A stretch of 64,000 nt of DNA, from the NCBI GenBank assembly GCA_021734245.1, contig JAIPJH010000001.1, positions 1,823-65,822 on the forward strand. Direction: 5' to 3'. Position numbers and translations under genes: made by a program. The notes under the pieces were generated by a model. It did no database searches, was not told where the DNA came from, and worked only from the letters and a program-made list of their open reading frames with translations. Positions 1 through 10,397 of this stretch are shown in pieces. The first letter of the stretch is position 1; every line of letters begins with the position of its first letter. Origin of the DNA: Candidatus Cloacimonadota bacterium. Lineage in GTDB: Bacteria > Cloacimonadota > Cloacimonadia > Cloacimonadales > TCS61.

Positions 1-555
<555 letters not shown>

Positions 556-565
556 TTATGCGGAA

Positions 566-592
566 ATCTTAAAAACAAAGCTTATATGTCAA
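566..592 (-). promoter_or_regulatory. candidate promoter for gdhA (TTGACA, 15-nt spacer, TAAGAT)
   Basis: On the minus strand, TTGACA at 592..587 and TAAGAT at 571..566. The spacer is short and the -10 is imperfect. Confidence 0.2.
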
Positions 593-663
593 GGTTTTAT
601 AAAAAAATTTTCGGGAAGTTTTATGTAATCTCACACTGCATTTATTTGCTTGTTACACATACA

Positions 664-3630
664 TTACTTTGTGATTATAGCATTTCCTGTTCTGCCGTCT
701 ATCTGAACTGAAATCGGTTGTTTCAATTTTACGCGTGAAACATAATTTCTTTTATTTTGAGCAGATTGGGAAAGAAGCCAGTTCCAGTCAATTTTATCGT
801 TTTCAGAAGTGTGGGAAACCGTGAAATAAGCTACATTCATAGCCACCAGATTGTGGAAAAAATGACTTCCCTGAGAAGCTTCTACAGTGAAATTTTTCAA
901 GCTTGTTTCCACGATAACTCTGGCTTTGTTTATTTGCTCCCAGCGTACTGGAATTCCCAGGAAACGATCGCTTGTTCCCCATCTTCCTGGTCCAATTAAA
1001 ATATATTCCCGGTTTTCCTTCTGCATAAGCTTGTTCAATTCAAAAATTTCATCTGCAATTTTGAGTGTTTGTGTGTTATCAAATTTGAGTGGATTTACAA
1101 AAATTATGTCTTCGATGTTTTCGATGATACCATTCCCCATTCCTTTGGATGTGAATAATAGCAGATCATCACGATTGATATCTTCGATCTCCACGTGAAC
1201 ATTTTCTTTATTTACTGTTAGTGGACGTATCTGCAAAAGACTGAAAAGAGTGTTGTTATCTTCATCACGATCGACAGCAAATTCAATCTCGACTGGAATT
1301 CCAAACGAAATTTCACCGATCTGCAGAAGATCCTGCAGAATTTCCGGAATCGGCATCTTACCGTAATGGATCTGATTTCTAAAAGTAATCATGCGAGCTC
1401 CCTGCATGAATTCACCATCTACAAAACGCAGATGCTGATGATCCCACAATGAAGTAAGTTCTTTGAAATCTTTTTCTTTCATTTCGCTGGTAATATCGAT
1501 CTTTTTGATGAATGAATCTTCATCTTGTGTTGCTCCCTGTTCAAATACATTCAAATTTACTGCATAGAAATATTGTTGATTGTTGGCAACGATCTCTTCC
1601 GCCTTCATCAGATCGATGCGAGGATAAGTAGGACAAAAACGCATAACTCTCTCACCATCGACTACAGAGCGACCCAATCCAATCGCCAGGGCGGCAATTC
1701 CATCCTGATGTTTTGTATCGAAAGATGGATAAAAGTTGTAAGATTGTGCAGCACCACTGAAAAGTGGAAAAAAAAGTTCATCTTTGGTTTTGTGTCCGAC
1801 TATTTCCTGAATGATAACAGCCATTTTTTCTTCTTCTACTTTGTAATGAATGCTTTCAATGTAGTTCCTGGCTTTGGAAATGAAGACAGAAGAAAAAACA
1901 AGCTTAATCGCATCCGAGAGATGCTTTATCCTCATATCAATTTCAGGATGATTATTGGGCAGCATAAAAGTGTCATAAACGCCTGCAAATGGTTGAGACT
2001 GGGAGTCTTCCAGCAATCCTGATGAGCGAACGGTGATGGGATAATTCACTTTCTGCAGAAAACGGCGCAATATGTAGGTAAGGTTGTCAGAAAGCTCCGA
2101 TTCGATGAATCTATCTTTGATCTCATCATCGGTTTTATCATTTACCCATTCACTCAGATCGTTGGATTCGATGAAATCATCAAATTCCCGGGTTCCTATT
2201 ATGAAAGTTTTGGGAACTCTTACTTTTACATTTTCATATTTTGTATCGTATTCAACAGAAGTGATCAAATAATTCAAAAAAGAAAGCCCTCTACCCTTTC
2301 CTCCAAAAGAACCTTCTGCCAGAGAAACAACACTTCCCTCAATATCCAGATACTGCGGATCGAAGTTGATGATCTTTCCTTTGTTGCGGATTTTTCGAGC
2401 TTGGATAAAAGTATTCAGAAGCAAACTGCGTATTTCATCAGCACTATTAAAATCATCTACTTTTATCGCTTTTAATTTGCGAGCATAATGGAACTCGCTG
2501 TGAGCAGCCAGCCAGGAAGAAAAGTGATTTCGTTTGCCATGATACAACAAAGATTCGTCGGGAATTTCAGCCAGTTTTTCTTCAAAATCTTCCAAAGAAG
2601 TAGCTCGATTAATCTCATTTCCCTGCTTGTCTCTAAAGATGAAATCGCCAAATCCCAGATTTTCCACAATAAATCTGCTGAGATTATTAAGTAATTTTTT
2701 TGAATTCTTATGTAGAAAATATACATCGAACTTTTTTGCGACTTCTGCATTTTTAATATCAGAAGATTGCAGAATTATGGGACAATCTCTACCGCTTTTT
2801 TTTACGTATTCGATCAATTTTATTCCAGCTTTGGGATCGAGTACATTATTACAAGAATATTTCGTATCGGAAATGATGGCACTTACGAAATCACGATATC
2901 GTTCATAAGTTTCGATAGCTTCTTCAAAAGAATGACACAAAAGCACTTTGGGCCGGGCACGCATTCTCTGTCGTTTATTTACTTCGTTCAGCTCTTCTCC
3001 GATCAACCTTTGCGTCTGCTTTAGAATTACAGAATAAAGCACTGGATGGAATTTGGAATAATATTGAATTGAATCCTCTACCAGAAGCACCACACGAACA
3101 TGACCTATTTCGGTATCGTTGGCTACATTCCATTTATCTTCCAGATATTTTACCATGGAAAGAAATATTTTACTGTCTCCATGCCAGATGAAAACATTTT
3201 CAATATTCTGCATTTTTTCACTGTTCTTATCGATCAAACCAAGATCGCTGGCTACGTTCAAAAGTAGAAGTACGGGCAGATCAGGATAGAGCTTTTTGAT
3301 CTCATCACTAAGTTCAAAAGGAGAAACCTCTCCAATTCGCATCATTGTGATGACCAGATCATACTTTTTTTTCTTCAGCATTTCGATGGCTTTCTGGCCG
3401 GTTGGAACGCTGGTAACTCTTGGTGCGGTACTCAAATTCAGCTGCATATATTCGCCATGCAGTTGCTCCGATAATCTGCCATCCTGCTCAAAAATATAAG
3501 CATCGTAAAAAGTGGAAACAAGCAGGATATTTTTTATCTTTTTCTGCATCAATTCATGAAAAGCATCATCACCGTATTTGAACTGGTTAAATTTCACATT
3601 CAATTCATCTAAATTCATCACATTCCTCAT
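664..3630 (-). CDS. PEP/pyruvate-binding (PPDK_N, ATP-grasp) domain protein with two degenerate N-terminal receiver-like domains
   Basis: 988-aa ORF. Two CheY-like segments (ILLVSTFYDAY...YDLVITMMRIG and VVLLVEDSIQYY...) lack parts of the acidic pocket. The central SFGGKGRGLSFLN motif and downstream segments are typical of pyruvate phosphate dikinase/PEP synthase nucleotide-binding domains. Confidence 0.7.
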   Translation of the reverse strand: MRNVMNLDELNVKFNQFKYGDDAFHELMQKKIKNILLVSTFYDAYIFEQDGRLSEQLHGEYMQLNLSTAPRVTSVPTGQKAIEMLKKKKYDLVITMMRIGEVSPFELSDEIKKLYPDLPVLLLLNVASDLGLIDKNSEKMQNIENVFIWHGDSKIFLSMVKYLEDKWNVANDTEIGHVRVVLLVEDSIQYYSKFHPVLYSVILKQTQRLIGEELNEVNKRQRMRARPKVLLCHSFEEAIETYERYRDFVSAIISDTKYSCNNVLDPKAGIKLIEYVKKSGRDCPIILQSSDIKNAEVAKKFDVYFLHKNSKKLLNNLSRFIVENLGFGDFIFRDKQGNEINRATSLEDFEEKLAEIPDESLLYHGKRNHFSSWLAAHSEFHYARKLKAIKVDDFNSADEIRSLLLNTFIQARKIRNKGKIINFDPQYLDIEGSVVSLAEGSFGGKGRGLSFLNYLITSVEYDTKYENVKVRVPKTFIIGTREFDDFIESNDLSEWVNDKTDDEIKDRFIESELSDNLTYILRRFLQKVNYPITVRSSGLLEDSQSQPFAGVYDTFMLPNNHPEIDMRIKHLSDAIKLVFSSVFISKARNYIESIHYKVEEEKMAVIIQEIVGHKTKDELFFPLFSGAAQSYNFYPSFDTKHQDGIAALAIGLGRSVVDGERVMRFCPTYPRIDLMKAEEIVANNQQYFYAVNLNVFEQGATQDEDSFIKKIDITSEMKEKDFKELTSLWDHQHLRFVDGEFMQGARMITFRNQIHYGKMPIPEILQDLLQIGEISFGIPVEIEFAVDRDEDNNTLFSLLQIRPLTVNKENVHVEIEDINRDDLLLFTSKGMGNGIIENIEDIIFVNPLKFDNTQTLKIADEIFELNKLMQKENREYILIGPGRWGTSDRFLGIPVRWEQINKARVIVETSLKNFTVEASQGSHFFHNLVAMNVAYFTVSHTSENDKIDWNWLLSQSAQNKRNYVSRVKLKQPISVQIDGRTGNAIITK

Positions 3631-3813
3631 CTAAATAATTATAGTTTTTAAATATTCTAGATTTATCACACTGTCAAGTATTGAAAAATGATTCGATCAC
3701 ATAAACTTCGCAATTGTTTTCTGATCATGTAGTTAGCTCGTATCCTCTCGCTTTTAGCTTGACACAAAGTTCAAACTGAGGATTCTTTTCCAAAATTTAA
3801 ATTAGGATTTTTT

Positions 3814-5346
3814 ATGAATAGATATTTTGTTCTTTCGTTTTTATTGGTTATATTTGTGTCATTATCCTTAAATTCCCAAGGCATTAGTTACAAACCCACT
3901 AATGAATCTTACGATCTAAACTGGGAAAAACCAGATCTTAGAAGTCAAACTCATCAATCAATATTATATGAGCATTCTGAGGAATTCAATTATTTCGAAG
4001 CTGTAAATGATAGTTCTTATTTTGCTTTAACGAACTCTTCAACTTTTAAAAACGCAGTAGTAAAACTTTTTACAGAGAAAAGAAATAACTCCAGATTCTA
4101 TTTTAGAAAAAAGCAATTCCCAAATTATTTTGATGAAAAACCACTGACAACAAAATTGGAAGTGAAACTTTACTGCGGAAATGATTTCGCCGGAAATGAT
4201 GAAGACAGATATTTTTTCCCTTATTACGGTTTTAATTTAAATGGTTATCTCACCAGGAGATTCCTGTTTTATGCAGATTTCTGGTCTGGGCATTATTTTG
4301 GTGATAGAGATTTTGCAGAGCAGGCAGAACTTATAAATAGTTGGACACAGAATTCCGATGACGGAAAGCAAATATTTTTGGATAATGCCCGCGGAAAAAT
4401 GCTATATTATCCAATGGATTTCTGGTCAGTAGCAATCGGTAGAGGAAAATATGAGATCGGGAATAATATTGGCGGTAGTATTATTCTAAGTGATAATTGT
4501 GTTGATTATGGTTATTTTTCCACCAAATTTGATTTTGAAAAATTCTATGTACATTTTCTGCATGGATCCTTGATTGCAGACAGCACTCTTACCGGCGAGA
4601 AAGACTATCCAGACAAGTATCTTGCTACTCATAAATTTGGCTGGAAGCCTTCCCAAAAATTAGAATTATTCTGGGGAGAGCATGTTGTTTATGGTGCTCA
4701 AGCCATAAACCCTAGTTATTTGATCCCTTTCACATATTGGCGTGGAACAGAACACAATCTTTCCGATCGAGATAATGTATTAATCTATTTTGGAACAAAT
4801 TATACTAGTAATAAATCACTGTTCTATTTTAATTACATTTTTGATGAATTATCGTTTTCCAAACTTACTGAAAGTTCATGGATGAATAAATATGCTATTC
4901 AAACCGGAATTTCAACATACCTGTCAGATACTATCAGGCTGACTGGTGAATTCACTGCTGTTCGACCCTGGATTTATACACATGAATCTTTACATGGCAA
5001 ATTCTCAAATTATGGAAGAAGTCTTGGCTTTCCGGATGGAACAAATCTTATTCAGTATGCTATGGAATGCAGCTGGAATATCAAGGATAATTTGAATATA
5101 GTAACTCATGCTTCTTATACAAGACAGGGCAGTGTGGGAAACAACTTTGCAATAAATTATAATGACAGACCCAGCGATACTGTACATTGGCTGGAAGGAA
5201 GTATAACCGATACAGCAAAAACTATTTTGATTGTTGACTGGCAGCCATTATCGCATCATCGTTTTAGAACCAGTTTGATCTCCACCAGAATCGCTGAAAA
5301 TGATATTGAGCATGAATTGATGCTGAGTTATCAAGTGCAATATTAA
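3814..5346 (+). CDS. secreted, probable outer-membrane beta-barrel protein of unknown function (possibly Wzi-like)
   Basis: 510-aa ORF with signal peptide MNRYFVLSFLLVIFVSLSLNSQG. Aromatic-rich alternating segments and a C-terminal ...LSYQVQY aromatic terminus are typical of OMP barrels. The family assignment is tentative. Confidence 0.45.
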   Translation: MNRYFVLSFLLVIFVSLSLNSQGISYKPTNESYDLNWEKPDLRSQTHQSILYEHSEEFNYFEAVNDSSYFALTNSSTFKNAVVKLFTEKRNNSRFYFRKKQFPNYFDEKPLTTKLEVKLYCGNDFAGNDEDRYFFPYYGFNLNGYLTRRFLFYADFWSGHYFGDRDFAEQAELINSWTQNSDDGKQIFLDNARGKMLYYPMDFWSVAIGRGKYEIGNNIGGSIILSDNCVDYGYFSTKFDFEKFYVHFLHGSLIADSTLTGEKDYPDKYLATHKFGWKPSQKLELFWGEHVVYGAQAINPSYLIPFTYWRGTEHNLSDRDNVLIYFGTNYTSNKSLFYFNYIFDELSFSKLTESSWMNKYAIQTGISTYLSDTIRLTGEFTAVRPWIYTHESLHGKFSNYGRSLGFPDGTNLIQYAMECSWNIKDNLNIVTHASYTRQGSVGNNFAINYNDRPSDTVHWLEGSITDTAKTILIVDWQPLSHHRFRTSLISTRIAENDIEHELMLSYQVQY

Positions 5347-5355
5347 GAAAATATT

Positions 5356-6222
5356 ATGCAGAGACTCTTGAAAAATCGTCTTTTCTTTTACTTCAAGATA
5401 GTTGTAACGATTATTATCCTGTATTTCGTGTTTCGAAAGATCGATTTAGTTGTTCTAATTAATTCCTTTAAGCAGATTTCACTTCCTGTTATATTGGCAA
5501 TGTTCATCACCACAGTTATCAAGATCTATATAGAATACAAGAACTGGGGACATTATCTTTCCATAAATCCTGACTATAAATTACGTCCTCGAGATATATT
5601 TAAATCTCACATGATCGGTCATTCTCTTAGTTTGATTATTCCCGGTGGTTTGGGAGTAGCCGGAAAAGTTTTCTTCTTGGATAATTCCAAAGGTCACACT
5701 TTTATGTCTTTGGGAGTAGAAAAATTTTTCCAAATTTGGATAAATCTGCTTTTTGCCAGTTTTGCTGCTATTTTCTATTTCAGGAAAATGAATATTCTTA
5801 TTCCGATCGTAGTATTTGTTTTTGTGATATTTCTTCCTCTTTTTATCTATTGGATCAAGCATTTGAATCGCCGAAAAAGCATAGAAAAATATTTCCGAGA
5901 ATACATCAAAATATTACCACGTGTCAGCTTTATGCAGATTACATATATGTTTATAACGATTTTTCAATACTTTGTACTTGTAAATGTATTTCTGAAGTAT
6001 CACATTTTTTCGGCAATTATCTCGGTTCCATTGATTTTGTCTTCAAATCTAATTCCGATAACTTATGCCGGTTTGGGGCTCAGGGAAAAATTTGCGATTG
6101 AAATATTCTCAAAATATGCAATTTCTTCCGAAATAGCTGTAGCTGTAACTTTAACGATTTTCTTGTTTAATTCAGTTCTTCCAGCTTTGGTAGGAATTGT
6201 TTTATTTATGAGAAAAAAATAA
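5356..6222 (+). CDS. polytopic membrane protein, flippase-like / lysylphosphatidylglycerol-synthase-TM (UPF0104) type
   Basis: 288 aa with multiple hydrophobic helices. The N-terminus (KNRLFFYFKIVVTIIILYFVFRKIDL) is typical of this family. Starts 10 nt after the preceding gene. Confidence 0.5.
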   Translation: MQRLLKNRLFFYFKIVVTIIILYFVFRKIDLVVLINSFKQISLPVILAMFITTVIKIYIEYKNWGHYLSINPDYKLRPRDIFKSHMIGHSLSLIIPGGLGVAGKVFFLDNSKGHTFMSLGVEKFFQIWINLLFASFAAIFYFRKMNILIPIVVFVFVIFLPLFIYWIKHLNRRKSIEKYFREYIKILPRVSFMQITYMFITIFQYFVLVNVFLKYHIFSAIISVPLILSSNLIPITYAGLGLREKFAIEIFSKYAISSEIAVAVTLTIFLFNSVLPALVGIVLFMRKK

Positions 6223-7257
6223 TCAGACTTTCGTTTCTTCCAGTTTTATACTAACACCTTCCAGACAGTTTCTACATACAGGAATTTGCTTTCTATCTTT
6301 TAGAATTTGATTGCGGATTTTCATGATACTTTTGCTTTTCCAGAGTTTTTCAAGTTTTTCATCTTTTACATTTCCGATCTTGAATTCACCTTCTTTATCA
6401 AAACAGCAGATCGCTACATCACCATTCCAATTAACAACGGCATTTGTCCAGATTCTGCGGCACTGGTTTTTAATCCCGTATTTCAATTCAAAATCTTCAC
6501 CTTTCACTTTATAACGTCGATATTTGGGATTTTTGGGCAGAAAATTATGAACATCCTCTTTGGAATAAATTTGGATGCTTTTAAGTTCCAGATTATCAAC
6601 TTCCAGCGCTGCAGCCATTCTTTTTATTTCATCCAATTCATGTTCGTTGTGTTTCATCACCAGAAATTGCCAGCGTAAAATGGGGTTATTTCTTCTTAGT
6701 TTCTTTCTGGCAGTTACTATTTTTTTTACATTGTTCAAAACATTTTCAAGTTTTCCATTTACGCGATATTTGTTGTAAGTCTTCTGGTTTGTTCCATCCA
6801 GTGATATTATCATCGAATCCAAACCTGAATTTACAATATCCTCTCCATCGATATCGAGATTTCCATTTGTGGAAACTAAGGTGAATAAATCGTGATCAGA
6901 TGCATATTTTACCATTTTATTGAATTCTATATTCAAATAAGGTTCTCCCTGATTCCATAAAACCACCATCAATGACTTTTTATGCACTTCATCAATGATC
7001 TTTTTAAAAACATCAAAGCTCATGAATCCTTTCTGCCTTTTCAATGTGTCATTTCCTGTTGGACAAAGTGGACATTTCAAGTTGCAGACATTCGTAGGTT
7101 CTATCATGATAATTGGTGGAAAACCCCAATAAAAAGCTCTTCTGAAAATTAGTGAAAGCAGATAAGAAAAATAAACTTTTATGACGTTTATAAATCTACG
7201 AAAAGTAAAACTCTTTCTAACAAATCTAATATTTTCTTTTAACATGAGGAACTTCAA
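6223..7257 (-). CDS. radical SAM/SPASM-domain protein with N-terminal membrane anchor
   Basis: CNLKCPLC (CxxxCxxC) cluster motif after a hydrophobic N-terminal helix. A C-terminal Cys-rich SPASM-like region reads CRRIW...GDVAICCFDKEG...CRNC. Confidence 0.8.
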   Translation of the reverse strand: MKFLMLKENIRFVRKSFTFRRFINVIKVYFSYLLSLIFRRAFYWGFPPIIMIEPTNVCNLKCPLCPTGNDTLKRQKGFMSFDVFKKIIDEVHKKSLMVVLWNQGEPYLNIEFNKMVKYASDHDLFTLVSTNGNLDIDGEDIVNSGLDSMIISLDGTNQKTYNKYRVNGKLENVLNNVKKIVTARKKLRRNNPILRWQFLVMKHNEHELDEIKRMAAALEVDNLELKSIQIYSKEDVHNFLPKNPKYRRYKVKGEDFELKYGIKNQCRRIWTNAVVNWNGDVAICCFDKEGEFKIGNVKDEKLEKLWKSKSIMKIRNQILKDRKQIPVCRNCLEGVSIKLEETKV

Positions 7258-7297
7258 AAATTATTCAATTTTGGTGTCAATATATAATAAAAAACTT

Positions 7298-7523
7298 GTA
7301 TCCCCGAAAAATTTGGAAGGTATAAACCTGATTTATTTTAATAAATGAAATTGTTGCTATTCTACCCGTCTAAAATCTTATCCAGCAAAGCCCACGAATT
7401 TTTTAACCTGTGAAATCAATTCAATTTCACCGGGTCATTCATGGGAATCTTGATACGAGAAATATTTCTGACAACGGTTTCAACCGTTTACACTGAAAAA
7501 TAAATATTTTTCGGGTGATGCGC
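7298..7523. repeat. TIR-bounded hairpin-rich element, copy A (about 226 bp)
   Basis: Left end GTATCCCCGAAAAATTT and right end AAATATTTTTCGGGTGATGCGC are inverted repeats. The core is near-identical to 18214..18550. Internal hairpins: CCCACGAAT...ATTCATGGG and AACGG-TTTCAA-CCGTT. Confidence 0.75.
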
Positions 7524-7528
7524 AATAA

Positions 7529-7560
7529 TAAAAAAGCCCCGCTGAAAAGCAGCAGGGCTT
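7529..7560 (-). terminator. rho-independent terminator downstream of the FadL-like OMP gene
   Basis: Minus strand AAGCCCTGCTG-CTTTT-CAGCGGGGCTT forms an 11-bp stem with one G-U pair, followed by a T-run. Confidence 0.8.
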
Positions 7561-7577
7561 AATTTTAAATATTAATT

Positions 7578-8927
7578 TTAGAATTTGTAACCTGCACCGA
7601 ATGAGAAAGCAAAAATATCGATATTGTGTTTACCAGGCATATTATGAGGAGAAGCTTCTACATCTCTTTCTCCACCAATAAGATATTCAGCACCAAAATC
7701 TACAACAAAATTGTTTTTATGGAATCCAAATCCACCCGTAACAACAGTGTAAGTACCTGATGGGAATAAAATTGTAAGTGTTTCATCAGGTGAAGGAGCA
7801 GGATCATAATACAAACCGCCACGTAAATCTAAACAAGGTCTAAGTGCATATTGCGCTCCAAAACGAATCTGAGTTTGATCTTCCCATTCTAAAACCATTT
7901 CTTCTTCAGTTTCACCACCAAGTGCATCGGGGAATTGCAAAATAACATCGATTTTATCCAAAGAGCTCCACTGAGAATATTGTGCATCGAGTGTTATTGT
8001 TAGTTTTTCTGTGGCTTCATAAGCAAGACCACCAGCAATCCATGTAGGCCATTCGATATCTAATTCAGTATCGATTTCTGCCATTTCTTCTGTAAGGCCA
8101 GGAATTGGGATAGCAGCGAAAGCAGCATTTTCAAAAGCTGCGTCACCTTCAAATTCAACATTAACCGGAGATCGGTAACTGAGACCAATACTTAAGTTAT
8201 CCATAGGTTTGTACATCAAGCCTAAAGCAGCTCCAAATCCTAATCCTGTCACATCAATTGCCTGCTGAGTATCCAGCATTCCATCTTCAGCACCCATTGC
8301 AAAAGTACCAAAACCGGCACTTGTAGGATCAAGATCGTAGCCAAAGAAATCTGCACCTCGTTTTAATTCCAGCATTCCATAATAAATATTAGCTGCTAAA
8401 CCAACAGAAAATTTTTCGTTTACTGCGTAAGATATAGCAGGGCTGAAATCAATAACCGCAATTTCACTCATCCAGTCGAATTCAATACCGTAAAAGGCAT
8501 TTGGGAAGTTTCCACCTGGATCAAAAGCAGCAGGTCCGTTGAAAGCTAAAAGGTCTTCTCCATCCCATTCAGCACCCAAACCAGCAGGAACATAAATTCC
8601 AAATCCTAAACCGATATTTCCCATTTTATAATTTGCAAAAATATTGGGGCTCACATAATGATTTTTCTTAGCTTCAGCTTCAATAGCATAAGTTTCATAT
8701 TCATATTTCGCCATAGGAATAATATCTGCTACTGAGGCATGGATCGCCTTTGCCTGCCATGATAATCCTGCAGGATTCCAATAGATAGCGGAACCGTCAT
8801 CGGCCAGACCAACAAATGCGCCACCCATTCCTAAAGCTTTTGGCCCTATACTATTTAAGCTGAGACCGTTTGCAAACAAACCTGTGGTTAATAATAGTAC
8901 TACAAAAAGACTGAATAATTTTTTCAT
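7578..8927 (-). CDS. outer membrane transport protein, OmpP1/FadL/TodX family (PorV-like possible)
   Basis: 449 aa with a signal peptide. The N-terminal motif LNSIGPKALGMGGAFVGLADDGSAIYWNPAGL is typical of FadL-family barrels. The C-terminus is ...GAGYKF. Confidence 0.75.
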   Translation of the reverse strand: MKKLFSLFVVLLLTTGLFANGLSLNSIGPKALGMGGAFVGLADDGSAIYWNPAGLSWQAKAIHASVADIIPMAKYEYETYAIEAEAKKNHYVSPNIFANYKMGNIGLGFGIYVPAGLGAEWDGEDLLAFNGPAAFDPGGNFPNAFYGIEFDWMSEIAVIDFSPAISYAVNEKFSVGLAANIYYGMLELKRGADFFGYDLDPTSAGFGTFAMGAEDGMLDTQQAIDVTGLGFGAALGLMYKPMDNLSIGLSYRSPVNVEFEGDAAFENAAFAAIPIPGLTEEMAEIDTELDIEWPTWIAGGLAYEATEKLTITLDAQYSQWSSLDKIDVILQFPDALGGETEEEMVLEWEDQTQIRFGAQYALRPCLDLRGGLYYDPAPSPDETLTILFPSGTYTVVTGGFGFHKNNFVVDFGAEYLIGGERDVEASPHNMPGKHNIDIFAFSFGAGYKF

Positions 8928-9110
8928 TTCTTCTCCTCTGATTTTTTTTTATTATTTCTACTTTTTCATTTTCTGAATTGAACCGAACAATTCTCCTGAT
9001 TTCGAAATTAACACACGCTATTATACTTTAACATTCAATAAAACGATAACCAAGAGGTTGAATGTGATTCATCATGTCAAGAATTTTGCTAAATAGAAAG
9101 TTAAACGTCG

Positions 9111-10397
9111 TTAACGAAAAATCACTATGAAATCAATTTCATAGGGTTTGGAAATCTCGTTTTCATTAAAGTCATTTGCCAAAATGGAAAGTTTATAGGA
9201 AGAATAGTTATCCAGATCATGCAAAGGTACAAATTTACACAATTTGGAATCAGCCTGTACGATCTTTATAGGAACGGTCTTTTTCTGTTCCATATCTTGC
9301 AAAGAGATATTCAGATCTGTATTTCGGATAATCTCATCAAACACAATTGAAAAAGTTTGATAAGATTCTTTAATCGTATCTCCATTTTTTGGATAAGAAT
9401 CCAGGATTACCGGTGGAATAGAATCGTTTATAACCGCACCATCAAACACGATAGAAACACTGTCATTTATATTATTTTTTGTGTCGAGTAAATCATAGAA
9501 ATATGCAATATATTGCAAGGTATCCATCTTGGAAGTGATGAGTGTAAGAACGTCAATCTCCAAATATTCAGACAGAATATCATGTTTTTTGGGAAAGGAA
9601 TCTTTGGTTGTAATTTCGACTTTTGAAAAATCCAGAACAGGTTCATCAAAAGTGATTTGGACTTGATTATCCCAAACAGCATTTGCTGATCTGATCGCAG
9701 GCTTCAAAGTATCTTCATAAGCCATTTCCACATTAATTGAAGTAAATTCTGCAGAATCAAGATAAGCATAAAAATATGGTTCGTCTCCATAATCATATTT
9801 TTTGTTCCTGTTCTTGTCTGCATAAGCTTCCAGAATATGATCGGTATTATTCAAATTGGTAAATTCAAAGGCAGACGTGTTGATTATTTGACTCGTAATA
9901 AATGTGGAATCTGGAGCCATTAAAGTAAAATTTACCTTAAGATTTTTATCTTCATTTTTTTCCCAGTTCAGCTTTCCGCTTATTCTGTTATCATTTAGTT
10001 TTCCACTGGAAAAAATGTAGGTATATTGCTTATCAAGTTCGTTATTGTGTTCACCTTTTATCGAAGTTTGAAAAGTGAAAAAATAATTCGTGTTCTCTTC
10101 CAGTTTTTCCAGGATTTTAATGGTTAATACGTTTTTATCCCATTTGAATTTCTTCTGCAATATCGGAGGATAAATATACAATCCGCTGATTATTGTATTT
10201 CTTTCGATTGGTTTGGAAAACACAACTTCTATATCGGAATCTGAAATATCAGATAACTCCAGGGGCGAAATGGACAATATTTCCGGTTTTACAGTATCTT
10301 TTTTTCCGCCGGTAGGACTTTTTCGATGACCACAACCCAAAATCAGCAGCATTGCAGCAACAGTCAAAAAAATAATTTGAATTGTTCTCTTTGTCAT
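9111..10397 (-). CDS. lipoprotein with Ig-like domain, function unknown
   Basis: Lipobox LILGC. SbsA-Ig-like segment DTVKPEILSISPLE...IEVVFSKPIE. The ATG at 10397 overlaps the recR stop (TGATG); the ORF track uses the TTG at 10400. Confidence 0.6.
   Translation of the reverse strand: MTKRTIQIIFLTVAAMLLILGCGHRKSPTGGKKDTVKPEILSISPLELSDISDSDIEVVFSKPIERNTIISGLYIYPPILQKKFKWDKNVLTIKILEKLEENTNYFFTFQTSIKGEHNNELDKQYTYIFSSGKLNDNRISGKLNWEKNEDKNLKVNFTLMAPDSTFITSQIINTSAFEFTNLNNTDHILEAYADKNRNKKYDYGDEPYFYAYLDSAEFTSINVEMAYEDTLKPAIRSANAVWDNQVQITFDEPVLDFSKVEITTKDSFPKKHDILSEYLEIDVLTLITSKMDTLQYIAYFYDLLDTKNNINDSVSIVFDGAVINDSIPPVILDSYPKNGDTIKESYQTFSIVFDEIIRNTDLNISLQDMEQKKTVPIKIVQADSKLCKFVPLHDLDNYSSYKLSILANDFNENEISKPYEIDFIVIFR

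Noticed and set aside
7258-7577. A tRNA, riboswitch (glycine, purine, ZTP) or other known RNA in the large spacers 7258..7577, 18113..18627 and 61456..61937.
   Set aside because: I could not recognise any cloverleaf features (T-loop GTTCGAATC-like) or the conserved cores of these riboswitch classes by eye. This needs a covariance-model scan to be definitive.
8928-9110. The hairpin CATTCAA...TTGAATG as a terminator for the 9111 lipoprotein gene, and TATAAT at 9025..9020 as a promoter for the OMP gene.
   Set aside because: The stem is short and AT-rich with no T-run, and the -10-like hexamer has no matching -35. Both are too weak to report as features.
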